A stretch of 32,000 nt of DNA from Ferroglobus placidus DSM 10642. GTDB lineage: Archaea > Halobacteriota > Archaeoglobi > Archaeoglobales > Archaeoglobaceae. The notes beneath the pieces were generated by a model. That model did not search any database. It worked only from the letters and a program-made list of their open reading frames with translations, and was not told where the DNA came from. The translations under genes were made by a program, and so were the position numbers. Where the stretch lies: positions 1,140,001 to 1,172,000 of the forward strand of contig NC_013849.1 in the NCBI RefSeq assembly GCF_000025505.1, written 5' to 3'. Shown piece after piece: positions 16,998 to 26,407 of this stretch. The number at the start of each line of letters is the position of its first letter. The stretch's first letter is position 1.

Positions 16998-18022
16998 AAA
17001 AGGTGATTGAAGCTTTAGATTTGTGGTTCTCCTACGGAGATAGAGACGTCTTAAAGGGGGTAAACTTCAGAGCTAAGAAGGGAGAAGTGACGGTTTTAAT
17101 GGGTAGAAACGGGGCTGGGAAAACAACGCTCCTCCTTCATTTGAACGGACTATTAAAGCCCAAGAAAGGGAAGTTGATAGTCGAAGGGAAAAAAATTCGA
17201 TACACGAAATCCGACTTGAAGTGGCTTAGAAGAAAAGTAGCTTTCGTTTTCCAGAATCCAGACGATCAGATCATAGCTCCGGGCGTTTATCAAGAGGTAG
17301 CTTTTGGTCCGGTAAATCTTAGAATGGGGAACGTTGAGGAGATCGTGAAGAATTCGCTGAAGGCAGTTGGTTTGGAAGGTTACGAGAACAGACTTTGCAG
17401 CACTTTGAGCGGAGGAGAAAAGAAAAGACTTGCGATAGCATCGGCTTTAGCGATGAATCCTGACTACATAGTTATGGACGAGCCAACAGCCGGAGTTGAC
17501 GCTGAAGGTTTCAATTCAACCGTGGAGATCGTCGAAAAGCTTAAAGAGGAAAAGGGGGTTATCGTTTCAACTCACGACCTCGACTTTGCGAGAGCCGTCG
17601 GAGACAAGTTCGTTTTCATGGACGGAGGAAAGATCGTTTACGAGGGAGACAGCATAGACTACGAATTGGCGAGAAAATGCGGAATAAGGACGTTCTTTTC
17701 TGGAGAACTCGTCGTAGTTTCCCACGACGGCACAATTCCCGACGGGGATTTCGATTTTATCGCTGCGATGGGCGTTAAGGCAAAAAAGAGGGTTGAAAAG
17801 GAGGGAATTAATTTGGACATAGCTTCGGCAACCCTCGAAAGGTCGATACTCAGAGCTCTGGAAGGGCACAGCGTTCTTCTCGTATGCTCTGCTGAGATGC
17901 TGCATGTCGTTAAGAGGGAGGTTTCGAAGTTTCCCGTGAACGTGAAATTTTTAGCGTCACTCGAATCTTATGAAGAAAAAGCAATCGAAGTCAAGGACGG
18001 CTCTAAGAACTCTCTCCTCTAA
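16994..18022 (+). CDS. cbiO: CbiO ATPase with about 110-aa C-terminal extension
   Basis: Walker A 'GRNGAGKTT', signature 'LSGGEKKRLAIASALAMNPDYIVMDEPTAGVD'; extra C-terminal domain 'CGIRTFFSGELVVVSHDGTIPDG...'. Confidence 0.9.
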   Translation: MKKVIEALDLWFSYGDRDVLKGVNFRAKKGEVTVLMGRNGAGKTTLLLHLNGLLKPKKGKLIVEGKKIRYTKSDLKWLRRKVAFVFQNPDDQIIAPGVYQEVAFGPVNLRMGNVEEIVKNSLKAVGLEGYENRLCSTLSGGEKKRLAIASALAMNPDYIVMDEPTAGVDAEGFNSTVEIVEKLKEEKGVIVSTHDLDFARAVGDKFVFMDGGKIVYEGDSIDYELARKCGIRTFFSGELVVVSHDGTIPDGDFDFIAAMGVKAKKRVEKEGINLDIASATLERSILRALEGHSVLLVCSAEMLHVVKREVSKFPVNVKFLASLESYEEKAIEVKDGSKNSLL

Positions 18023-18181
18023 TTTCTCGTCGTAGTAAACCGTGAACTCTTCAACTTTCAAACTTTTTCCTTCTCTTTCCCCTACTTCGATCTCGTATCC
18101 GTCTTCTTTTTCCACTATTGCAAACTCTCTAACGCCGAAACTCAGTAGTTTTCTTTTCGCCCTGTCCGTGATTTTCATCAC
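17957..18181 (-). CDS. small hypothetical protein overlapping the cbiO 3' end
   Basis: 'MKITDRAKRKLLSFGVREFAIVEKEDGYEIEVGE...'; preceded on the minus strand by a good GGAGG RBS; charged, soluble-looking composition. Confidence 0.6.
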   Translation of the reverse strand: MMKITDRAKRKLLSFGVREFAIVEKEDGYEIEVGEREGKSLKVEEFTVYYDEKLEERVLRAVLDFDCFFFIRFE

Positions 18182-18250
18182 AGTAATTTTCCTCCAAGCT
18201 TTAAAAACTTCTGCACAAAATTTAACTATACTTCAGCTAAATCCTTAGCG

Positions 18251-19216
18251 ATGGAGACCGAAATCTGGGTGGAGAAATATCGTCCGAAAACGCTGGATGA
18301 AGTTGTCGGGCAAGATGAGATAATTCAGAGGCTCAAAAGCTACGTAAAGCAGAAGAATATTCCTCATTTACTCTTCGCCGGTCCTCCCGGAACTGGAAAG
18401 ACTGCCACCGCTATAGCTTTAGCGAGGGATTTGTTCGGCGAGGTTTGGAGAGAGAACTTCATCGAGATGAACGCAAGCGACGAGAGAGGAATTGACGTCG
18501 TCAGGCATAAAATAAAGGAGTTCGCAAGAACAGCTCCCATAGGTGGTGCTCCTTTCAAAATAATCTTCCTCGACGAGGCTGACGCTTTAACAGCTGACGC
18601 TCAAGCAGCTTTGAGAAGGACGATGGAGATGTACTCGAAAGTCTGCCGATTCATACTCAGCTGCAACTACGTTTCGAGGATAATAGAGCCGATTCAGAGC
18701 AGATGTGCGGTTTTCAAATTCAAGCCAGTGCCGAAAGAGGCGATGAAAAAGAGGCTGAAGGAGATTGCCGAGAACGAGGGGTTGGAAATAGACGACGAGG
18801 CTCTTGAAGTTTTAATCTACATCTCCGGTGGCGATTTCAGAAAGGCTATAAACGCTTTGCAGGGAGCTGCTGCATTAGATAAGAGGATAACTCCGGAAAT
18901 TTTGTATCAGATAACAGCCACGGCACGTCCAGAAGAGCTCAGAAAGATTATAGACACCGCACTAAAGGGAAATTACCTGCAAGCAAAGGACATGCTCGAA
19001 AACCTCATGGCAGAGTACGGAATGAGCGGAGAAGATGTTGTTTCGCAGCTGTTTAGGGAGATTATGTACTCCAATTTAGACGAAAAGTTAAAAGTCGTGC
19101 TCATAGACAAGCTCGGAGAGATAGACTTCAGACTCACCGAGGGAGCAAGCGAATTAATACAGCTCAACGCCTATCTCGCTTTCCTGTCGACTATACAAAA
19201 GAGGAGAGGAGAATAA
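18251..19216 (+). CDS. rfcS: replication factor C small subunit
   Basis: 'IWVEKYRPKTLDEVVGQDEII', 'LLFAGPPGTGKTATAIALA', 'FLDEADALT', 'SCNYVSRIIEPIQSRCAVFKF'; no intein. Confidence 0.95.
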   Translation: METEIWVEKYRPKTLDEVVGQDEIIQRLKSYVKQKNIPHLLFAGPPGTGKTATAIALARDLFGEVWRENFIEMNASDERGIDVVRHKIKEFARTAPIGGAPFKIIFLDEADALTADAQAALRRTMEMYSKVCRFILSCNYVSRIIEPIQSRCAVFKFKPVPKEAMKKRLKEIAENEGLEIDDEALEVLIYISGGDFRKAINALQGAAALDKRITPEILYQITATARPEELRKIIDTALKGNYLQAKDMLENLMAEYGMSGEDVVSQLFREIMYSNLDEKLKVVLIDKLGEIDFRLTEGASELIQLNAYLAFLSTIQKRRGE

Positions 19217-19693
19217 TCACTCCTCTTCGGGGATTTCAATTTCCCCGCTATCGATCATTTTTTGAACTTCCTTCGGATGCTTTCCTTCAACCGTCACTCC
19301 CATGGAAACTGCCGTGCCGAGAACTTCTTTAACAGCAGCTTTGAGCGAGTAGGCAAGCATTTGCTTCTTCTTTATCTTCGCTATCTTTATCACTTGATCG
19401 AGCTTTAAGTCTCCGACGAACTCTTTGTTTGTTGCCGAAGAACCCTTCTCTATGCCAAGCTCTTTCTTTATCAGGGCGCTTACCGGTGGAACGCCTACTT
19501 CTATCTCGAAGCTTCTGTCCTCGTGAACTATTATCTTTACCGGCACTGGCAAACCGTCGAATTCCTTCGTTGCTTCGTTTATCTTGTCCACCACTTGCTT
19601 CACGTTAAGTCCGAGGGGACCGATTGCCGGACCTAAAGGCGGACCTGGAGTGGCTTTTCCACCCGGAACCAAAACTTCGACAGTCTGAACAGC
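19217..19693 (-). CDS. rpl11: ribosomal protein L11
   Basis: '[38 protein letters not shown]'; start MAVQTVEV. The track ORF extends to 19726 through an alternate start. Confidence 0.95.
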   Translation of the reverse strand, partial: AVQTVEVLVPGGKATPGPPLGPAIGPLGLNVKQVVDKINEATKEFDGLPVPVKIIVHEDRSFEIEVGVPPVSALIKKELGIEKGSSATNKEFVGDLKLDQVIKIAKIKKKQMLAYSLKAAVKEVLGTAVSMGVTVEGKHPKEVQKMIDSGEIEIPEEE

Positions 19694-19697
19694 CATA

Positions 19698-20153
19698 TCA
19701 CTCCACCTCCTCTTTCTTGTCCACAACTCTTACGTGATCAGCCTTAACTGTTATCGGAATTGAAACGACGGCTTCGATAAGTTCTACCGTTATTTCATTC
19801 CTCGCCTCATCGACTCGCTTAACAACAGCCAGCTCTCCTTTGAAAGGACCGGAAATAATCTCGACCGTGTAACCCTCTTTTATCTGCTCCGCAGCCTTTC
19901 TCGGAGTTAGGAAATGCTCGATCTCGTTGAAAGAAACCTCTCCTCTCACAAGCCCCTTCACGTGGGGAACTCCTCTAATCGACTTTACGAGATCTTCCGT
20001 GCTTTCCGCTTCGACGATAACGTAGCCTTTAAGCTCTTTTGGAGCGAGAATGGAGTAAACGTTGGCTTTGTTCTTCTTGGCTACCATCGACATCATGTTA
20101 GCCACGAGCCTCTCCTGATTTGCCGTGGTTTTCACAACAAAAAATCTGCTCAT
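19698..20153 (-). CDS. spt5: transcription elongation factor Spt5 (NusG-like, NGN + KOW)
   Basis: '[18 protein letters not shown]', 'GYVIVEAES', '[29 protein letters not shown]'. Confidence 0.93.
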   Translation of the reverse strand: MSRFFVVKTTANQERLVANMMSMVAKKNKANVYSILAPKELKGYVIVEAESTEDLVKSIRGVPHVKGLVRGEVSFNEIEHFLTPRKAAEQIKEGYTVEIISGPFKGELAVVKRVDEARNEITVELIEAVVSIPITVKADHVRVVDKKEEVE

Positions 20154-20323
20154 TTCAACGCCCCCGGAAGGACATCCATTAGAAGGTAGATCACGAAACC
20201 TATGAAGCCTACGATGAACATTACAGCTACAGCTACCTTCGTTGTCGTCCAGAACTCCTCCTTATCCGGCTTCCTCGTCATCTTGAGGATGTTTACGTAC
20301 TCTTTGATTGTGTTGCTCAGCAT
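20150..20323 (-). CDS. secE: SecE / Sec61-gamma preprotein translocase subunit
   Basis: Own translation, not in the ORF track (57 aa): [57 protein letters not shown]; stop overlaps the Spt5 start (ATGA); canonical position next to spt5. Confidence 0.92.
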   Translation of the reverse strand: MLSNTIKEYVNILKMTRKPDKEEFWTTTKVAVAVMFIVGFIGFVIYLLMDVLPGALK

Positions 20324-20356
20324 AGAAAGCTGAAAAGGTTAAATTGTTTTTAAGCT

Positions 20357-21439
20357 TTACTTCACGAAATCGATTCCAAACCTCTTTACTGGCGGAGCAC
20401 CCTTTCTTCCGAGAATCTGAGGTGATTTAACTCCGGTTACTATTATCAGAGTCCTTATCGTTCCTTCGAGCTCCGGATCTACCATGGCACCCCAGATAAT
20501 CCTTGCGTCGGGGTCGACTTTGGTATAGATCTCCTCAACTATTTTCTCCGCCTCCTCTATAGTCATATCTGGTCCTCCGGTGACGTTAACCAGAGCAGCC
20601 TTCGCTCCAGTTATGTCCACGTCGAGAAGCGGGCTCTTCAACGCCTTTCTAACGCTCTCCAAAGCCTTGTCCTCTCCGCTCGCCTCTCCGAGTCCGATCA
20701 TCGCCACTCCGCCCTTCTCCATTACCGTTCTAACATCGGCGAAGTCCAAATTGACGAGAGCAGGCTTCGTAATCAGCTCGGTTATTCCCTTCACAGCCCT
20801 CATCAAAATTTCGTCGGCAACTTTGAAAGCCAAATTTATTGGATAATTGGGAACAACATCAAGCAATCTATCGTTCGGGATAACAATTACTGTGTCGCTG
20901 TGCTCTCTCAGCCTCTCTAACCCCGCCTCAGCGTTAGACATCCTCACGGCTCCTTCTGCTGTGAAGGGCAGAGTAACGACGGATATTGTTAAAGCTCCCG
21001 CCTCTTGAGCTGCTTCAGCAACAACCGGAGCGGCACCAGTTCCAGTCCCTCCGCCAAGCCCGCAGGTGATGAAAACCATGTCAGCCCCTTCTACTATCTT
21101 CCTTATTTCCTCCTCGTTCTCTCTCGCTGCCTCTTCTCCTATTTGAGGCAAGCTTCCGGCTCCGAGTCCGCGAGTCTTCTTTTTACCTATTAACAACCTC
21201 CTGTGAGCTTTCGTGTAATACAGATGCTGAACATCGGTGTTTATTGCTATCAGCTCAGCCCCGTCAATTCCCTCTTCGTAGAGTCTCGTTATCGTGTTGC
21301 AACCGCTTCCACCAACGCCGATAACCTTTATTACTGTCTTTAATTCGTGCAGTAGCTGAACGATTTCCTCTTCGACGTTTTCCGCAACCTCTTTTTCTCT
21401 TGCAGACCTTTCGAGAGCGCTCTTAATAATTGATTCCAT
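20357..21439 (-). CDS. ftsZ: cell division protein FtsZ
   Basis: '[14 protein letters not shown]', '[16 protein letters not shown]', '[20 protein letters not shown]'. Confidence 0.96.
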   Translation of the reverse strand: MESIIKSALERSAREKEVAENVEEEIVQLLHELKTVIKVIGVGGSGCNTITRLYEEGIDGAELIAINTDVQHLYYTKAHRRLLIGKKKTRGLGAGSLPQIGEEAARENEEEIRKIVEGADMVFITCGLGGGTGTGAAPVVAEAAQEAGALTISVVTLPFTAEGAVRMSNAEAGLERLREHSDTVIVIPNDRLLDVVPNYPINLAFKVADEILMRAVKGITELITKPALVNLDFADVRTVMEKGGVAMIGLGEASGEDKALESVRKALKSPLLDVDITGAKAALVNVTGGPDMTIEEAEKIVEEIYTKVDPDARIIWGAMVDPELEGTIRTLIIVTGVKSPQILGRKGAPPVKRFGIDFVK

Positions 21440-21513
21440 ATTTAACCTCCTCTCAGGTTTTTACTTAGTCTTTCCCAAAACACTATTTAAACTTTTGTTT
21501 GAGATTAAACTTA

Positions 21514-22719
21514 ATGATCATCGAGGGGAAAATTTTGCTTTCGAACAGAATCGTTGAGGCTGGAATTTTAATTGAAAACGGGATTATAAAAGAAATAAAA
21601 AAGAGTCTTTCGGGGAAGAAGCTTAAAGGTTTAATCATGCCTGCCGGAATAGATGCTCACGTTCACCTGCGAGATTTTGAAGAGAGCCACAAGGAGAGCA
21701 TAGATACCGGAACTCTCGCAGCGTTAAACGGAGGAATTTGCTTAGTGGTCGATCAGCCGAACACGAAACCTCCGGTAGAGAGCTACGAGATTTACCTGAA
21801 AAGAGTTAGAGAGGCTGAGAAAAAGTGCTGGGTAGATTATTCGCTAAATCTCGCCCTAACGAGGAAAAACGCTGAGAAAGTAGAAGAAATTTTTGAGAGG
21901 GTAAAAAAAGAAGGTTACAATCCGAGGATCGGCGAGGTCTTCCTCCAGCACGAAAGCTTAGAAGTTGGCTACGAAGAGATAGCGAAGGTTAAAAATTTGC
22001 CTCTGAACATCCATGCGGAAGATCCGGAGTTCGTTCTCGGAAACGAAATTCCAAATTTTCTTTACAGAAAAAGAAAAGCTGAAATCGTGGCTGTTGAGAA
22101 ATGCTTGAAAATCGGAAAATTCTACTTCTGCCACATCTCAACGAAAGAAGCTTTTGAAATGATAAAGGAGAGAGGGGGTGTTGCAGAAGTAACTCCCCAT
22201 CACTTGCTTTTCAGCGAAAAAGATTACGAAAAGCTCGGAAATTTCGTGAACGTAAACCCTCCTTTGAGGGGTGAAGAGGACAGAAAATTCCTCCTCGAAA
22301 ATTTCAGCAAAATAGACGTTCTCGCTTCTGATCACGCTCCGCATTTAACTGAGGAGAAGGAGGAAGGAGCAAGCGGTTATCCGGGAGTTGAGACGATGTA
22401 TCCGGTAATGATGGGGTTGGTTTTTAAAGGGGTGATAAACGCGTTCGACCTTGCAGAAAAAATTGCAAAAAATCCGGCAAAGACATACGGATTCGAAAGG
22501 TACGGAGAAATAAAAGAAGGTCACTACGCAAATCTCGCAGCTTTCGACATTTCGGAGCTTCAGAAAGTGAAATTGAAGAACCTTCACAGCAAATGCGGTT
22601 GGACTCCTTACGAGAACTTTCCGGCGATATTTCCCCACTCAGTTATTGTGAGGGGAGAATTCGTCAAGCATAGGGGAGAGATTCTGGACGAAAGAGTTGG
22701 AAGAGTCTACAGAATATGA
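21514..22719 (+). CDS. pyrC: dihydroorotase
   Basis: 'MPAGIDAHVHLRD', 'HISTKEAFEMI', 'EVTPHHLLF', 'DVLASDHAPH'. Start MIIEGKI at 21514; track ORF starts at 21499. Confidence 0.9.
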   Translation: MIIEGKILLSNRIVEAGILIENGIIKEIKKSLSGKKLKGLIMPAGIDAHVHLRDFEESHKESIDTGTLAALNGGICLVVDQPNTKPPVESYEIYLKRVREAEKKCWVDYSLNLALTRKNAEKVEEIFERVKKEGYNPRIGEVFLQHESLEVGYEEIAKVKNLPLNIHAEDPEFVLGNEIPNFLYRKRKAEIVAVEKCLKIGKFYFCHISTKEAFEMIKERGGVAEVTPHHLLFSEKDYEKLGNFVNVNPPLRGEEDRKFLLENFSKIDVLASDHAPHLTEEKEEGASGYPGVETMYPVMMGLVFKGVINAFDLAEKIAKNPAKTYGFERYGEIKEGHYANLAAFDISELQKVKLKNLHSKCGWTPYENFPAIFPHSVIVRGEFVKHRGEILDERVGRVYRI

Positions 22720-23552
22720 TCGAGCTTCTCTTAGCCCTAATTTTCGAGGCTATTAAATCCGAACCTCCGGAAAAAGTTCATCCGAGCGTTGCCTTCGGAA
22801 AGCTGATGGGGAAGCTTTATTCAAATTTTCCGAAAACGAAGTTTTTCGGCTTCGTTTCTTTGACGATCGTCGTCGCTTTCGCCCTCTTTCTCTCCACACT
22901 TCCGGGTTATTTCCCCCCTCCGATAAAAGAGCTCCTCGCTGCGTATCTCCTTTATTCTTCCATTTCCATCAGAAGCATGGTAGAGCATGCAAGAAACTGC
23001 TTGCAGAACGGAAGGATCGTTAGAGAGGAAGTTGCGAAGATCGTTAGCAGAAATGTCTCAAATCTCGACGATTCCAAGCTTTCTTCGGCGGTAATAGAAA
23101 GCGTGGCTGAAAACTTTGTCGATGGAGTTTTAGCTCCTCTCATTTATTACGCTCTATTCGGAACTTCTGGAGCCTTGGTTTACAGAGCCGTTAACGTCTG
23201 CGATGCCATGGTTGGCTACAAAGATGAGAAGTTCAGAGATTTCGGCTATTTTTCAGCTAAACTCGATGACCTCCTGAATTTCGTTCCCTCGAGAATTTCT
23301 CCTCTACTCTACTCACCAAAAGTTGTAGGCTGCGCTTTTAAGAAAAATCCCAAGCTCAACGGTCACTCAATAGCTGCCATGGCTTGCTATTTAAAGCTTA
23401 AGCTCACTAAGGTTGGAAGCTACGTCGTAAACGCTGGAAGAGAGCCGAATGCGAAAGACGTGGAAAAAAGCCTGAAAGTCTTCATAAGATTGTCAGCAGA
23501 GGCAGTACTGCTGTCAGCAGCGCTGCGATTAGCAAGTATTTATACGTTTTGA
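22716..23552 (+). CDS. cbiB: adenosylcobinamide-phosphate synthase CbiB/CobD
   Basis: 'HPSVAFGKLMGKL', 'VIESVAENFVDGVLAPLIYYALFG', 'RAVNVCDAMVGYKDEKFRDFGYFSAKLDDLLNFVPSRI'. Confidence 0.92.
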   Translation: MIELLLALIFEAIKSEPPEKVHPSVAFGKLMGKLYSNFPKTKFFGFVSLTIVVAFALFLSTLPGYFPPPIKELLAAYLLYSSISIRSMVEHARNCLQNGRIVREEVAKIVSRNVSNLDDSKLSSAVIESVAENFVDGVLAPLIYYALFGTSGALVYRAVNVCDAMVGYKDEKFRDFGYFSAKLDDLLNFVPSRISPLLYSPKVVGCAFKKNPKLNGHSIAAMACYLKLKLTKVGSYVVNAGREPNAKDVEKSLKVFIRLSAEAVLLSAALRLASIYTF

Positions 23553-24627
23553 AGACTGAGCTTTTGAAGTAATCAGCAGTTAAAACGAAGCAGAGGTGGA
23601 GAGGAGAGAGCATAACTCCGAGGAAACCGTAGAGGAACGTGACGAGGACTCTGTCGTAATAGATGCTGCCAACTCCGGTGAACGGAGTAAGGAGGGGTAG
23701 AGCTATGGAAGAGTAGCTCATCTCTATTCCCGTGGAGAAAGCTACGAGAAAGGAAAGTAAAGCAGCCGCAACGTACGGATTTACGTAAGTCTCTATTTCA
23801 GCCAAAAAGCTTTCGGCAATTCCGTAAGTTTCGAGAATTCTCTTGTAAAGCATGACCGAAAAAACGAGTAAGAGGATTTTCCAGTCGATAGTTTCCCTCA
23901 ATATCCCCGGAACTCTATCGAACTTTCTCGCATGAATGACAAGGATGAAGTTGACGATTAGGGGGGAAATTAAGAGGTCGAGCTTTAAAATTAAAGTTAA
24001 GAAGGCAAGTAAGACGATCGGGTAGAGATAAAATAAGTTCGAGCTGTCAGTCTTTTTTCTTTCGAACTTCCCCCTTCCGAGGAGGAGAAAGCCCGAGAGT
24101 ATTGAAAATACGAAAATTGGATAAGTGGATTTGGCGAGTTCAACGTAATCAACTTCGAGAATGCCGAGTCCAATTATGACGTTCGGATAAAGGGGCCATA
24201 TCGTAACCCAGACGTGTCTGAACCAGTAATTAACGAACGTGGCTTTTTCTCCGGATATTTCAAACTTCTTCACGATGTCTCCGAGCATTATCGCCGAAAT
24301 CAAAGCCCCTCCGGGCATTGGAAGCAAGCCTATGAGCATTGGAATTACGGCTAAGCTGTAGTAGCCGAAGTTCGAAAGCATGAATTCAGTAATTTTTTCG
24401 AGAAAACCGTAGGTTTTCATGCTGTAGCCGAGGGTGAAGGCTAAAACAACCGTTGCGATTAACTTCCACACGCTCCAGTCGAGTACGTTGGCTGTTAAAT
24501 CTGTAAAAGGATTTCCGCCGTTCAACGTCGAGAGGGTCAAAGCTCCGGCTAATACCGCTACGCTTATGTTGTACTTTATCAGAGCGAACGTTACGATCAA
24601 AGAGACTGCGAGCGTTTCCAGAGTCAC
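23482..24627 (-). CDS. DUF401 family integral membrane protein
   Basis: Polytopic membrane protein; 'SNFGYYSLAVIPMLIGLLPMPGGALISA', 'FVNYWFRHVWVTIWPLYPNVI'. Confidence 0.8.
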   Translation of the reverse strand: MTLETLAVSLIVTFALIKYNISVAVLAGALTLSTLNGGNPFTDLTANVLDWSVWKLIATVVLAFTLGYSMKTYGFLEKITEFMLSNFGYYSLAVIPMLIGLLPMPGGALISAIMLGDIVKKFEISGEKATFVNYWFRHVWVTIWPLYPNVIIGLGILEVDYVELAKSTYPIFVFSILSGFLLLGRGKFERKKTDSSNLFYLYPIVLLAFLTLILKLDLLISPLIVNFILVIHARKFDRVPGILRETIDWKILLLVFSVMLYKRILETYGIAESFLAEIETYVNPYVAAALLSFLVAFSTGIEMSYSSIALPLLTPFTGVGSIYYDRVLVTFLYGFLGVMLSPLHLCFVLTADYFKSSVFKTYKYLLIAALLTAVLPLLTIL

Positions 24628-24658
24628 TTTTAAGCGAGAAGCTTTGCTGAATATAAAC

Positions 24659-26260
24659 CTATATTATTATTCTCGCAAGCACATAAGCCAAAAGCGGATT
24701 GAGGAACATCAGGAAAAAGAAGAGATACATAGCTTTCTCTCCGATCTCTTTAAAAGCTCTCTCGAGATCTTCGAAAAATTCCCTTCCCATCACCTTTACT
24801 CTGAACTTCTCAACCATAACTTGCGGATGTGCTTTTTCGAAACTCGCCTCCTCCAGAACCTTTTTGAAAAATTCGAGAAGGAATTTTTCTTCCTCTCCCA
24901 CTGCTTTGTAGCTTTTTCTTGGCGAAACTCCGGTTTTTTCGTGGTTATCGGTTGAGAGGACATCAGCATCGTATCCCCTCTCCTCGAAAATTTTCAGCAC
25001 TTCATTTCTCACATGGCAGGAAACGTTATTTGAGTCGAAAACAACGATAGCGTGCTTTTCTCCGGAGTAGTTTAAAAGCAGAACCGCCACCTTACTGCAT
25101 ATAGATTCGGTCTCAACGAAAAGCTCGTCGTAGTGGTAAGAAAGCTCAGCTTCCTCACTTTCCTTAGCTTTGAAAAGCTCTTCGATCTCAAGAATATCTT
25201 CAACTCCTAACTCTTTTCCGTAGCAGCTGTGGGAGTCTATCAGAACGCAGTTCCCGTAAACTTTCTCAGCAACAGCTTGAAGCTCGAAAGGCAAGTCGTC
25301 CATGTAATTTTTGCCGTGAACTATTACCAAGCTAAAATCTGAAAAAGGATAAACTTTAACCCAGAATCTTTTTCCCTCAATCCTGTAGGGTTTTTTAGCT
25401 TTTACTTCCTCGTAGTTTTCTTTATCAACGAGCTTTTCGAGCTCTTTTACGGAAATCGGATTTTCGGAATGCATAGAGGCTGCGTGAAGAAAAACGTTCT
25501 TTTTCTTCGTCATTACCTTTTTTACGAGCTTACTTCCTCCGAGATTTCTTAAAGGACCCGGATGGACGTTTGCAGCATGTAAAACCACGTCTCCAATTTT
25601 CACCTTCGCGTATTTTCCTTCGAACTCCTTAGAGTATTTTTCAAACTCCCTCTCGAGCTCATCCTCCTCATTTGTAAGCCAGTACCAGAGGAATTTTTTG
25701 AGGAGAGGGAGAATTTCAACTCTTCCAAACTTTTTGTCGAGATATTTTAAGAAGAGGAAGGACATTCCGATTCCAGCCAGAGACGTTATAAGATAGGCTA
25801 AAAATCTGTGATTCGCTTGATAGGAAAATAAGAACGCTGCTGGATAAACGAGAAGAAGTATTGCAAGGGGAGCAAAAAAGCTGAACCTCTTTGACGTGAA
25901 GAATAGGACGGTAGAGATTATGAAAGCCGAGGAGGCAGGAGCAACAACGATAATCTCCTCGTTTCCGGTTTGGACAGCTAAGAAGTCAAAAAATTCCGTG
26001 AAAATTAGAAAGAAGAGGGCTAAAAAGAAGAGCCTCCTCGAGTTGAAAGCTGAAACCAAAAACCTCGAGACGAGCATTAGAGAAATTAAAATGGAAAGTC
26101 CAACGAAAAAGTACCTTTCGACGAAGAATATTTTGCTCGAAGTTCCGTTCAAGTAGGAGGCTATGACTATCGTGACGAGGGCGATGGAGACGGTAATTCT
26201 CTTTCTCGGGACTGAAAATACTTTGGTGTAAAACTTTTCGAGCAGCTCGGGATCTATCAT
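24659..26260 (-). CDS. DUF2070 family membrane protein
   Basis: N-terminal TM cluster, 'ANVHPGPLRNLGGSKLVKKVM', 'LIDSHSCYGKE', 'VVFDSNNVSCHVRNEVL'. Confidence 0.85.
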   Translation of the reverse strand: MIDPELLEKFYTKVFSVPRKRITVSIALVTIVIASYLNGTSSKIFFVERYFFVGLSILISLMLVSRFLVSAFNSRRLFFLALFFLIFTEFFDFLAVQTGNEEIIVVAPASSAFIISTVLFFTSKRFSFFAPLAILLLVYPAAFLFSYQANHRFLAYLITSLAGIGMSFLFLKYLDKKFGRVEILPLLKKFLWYWLTNEEDELEREFEKYSKEFEGKYAKVKIGDVVLHAANVHPGPLRNLGGSKLVKKVMTKKKNVFLHAASMHSENPISVKELEKLVDKENYEEVKAKKPYRIEGKRFWVKVYPFSDFSLVIVHGKNYMDDLPFELQAVAEKVYGNCVLIDSHSCYGKELGVEDILEIEELFKAKESEEAELSYHYDELFVETESICSKVAVLLLNYSGEKHAIVVFDSNNVSCHVRNEVLKIFEERGYDADVLSTDNHEKTGVSPRKSYKAVGEEEKFLLEFFKKVLEEASFEKAHPQVMVEKFRVKVMGREFFEDLERAFKEIGEKAMYLFFFLMFLNPLLAYVLARIII

Positions 26261-26377
26261 TTGTTGACGAAAAGAAAGTTAAGACTTAAATATTTCGGAG
26301 GAGTTTTATTTTTATCAAAGTTAAATTCTGCAAATATACGAGTACTGGCGACAAATTTATAAACATAATTTTGCGCT

Positions 26378-26393
26378 TTCAAAACGTTTTGAA
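26378..26393. promoter_or_regulatory. 16-bp perfect palindrome TTCAAAACGTTTTGAA at the predicted start of transcription of the sensor kinase
   Basis: Lies about 25 nt downstream of the TATA-like TTTATAAA (about 26356-26363). Confidence 0.5.
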
Positions 26394-26407
26394 GTCAGTA
26401 ACGTTAA

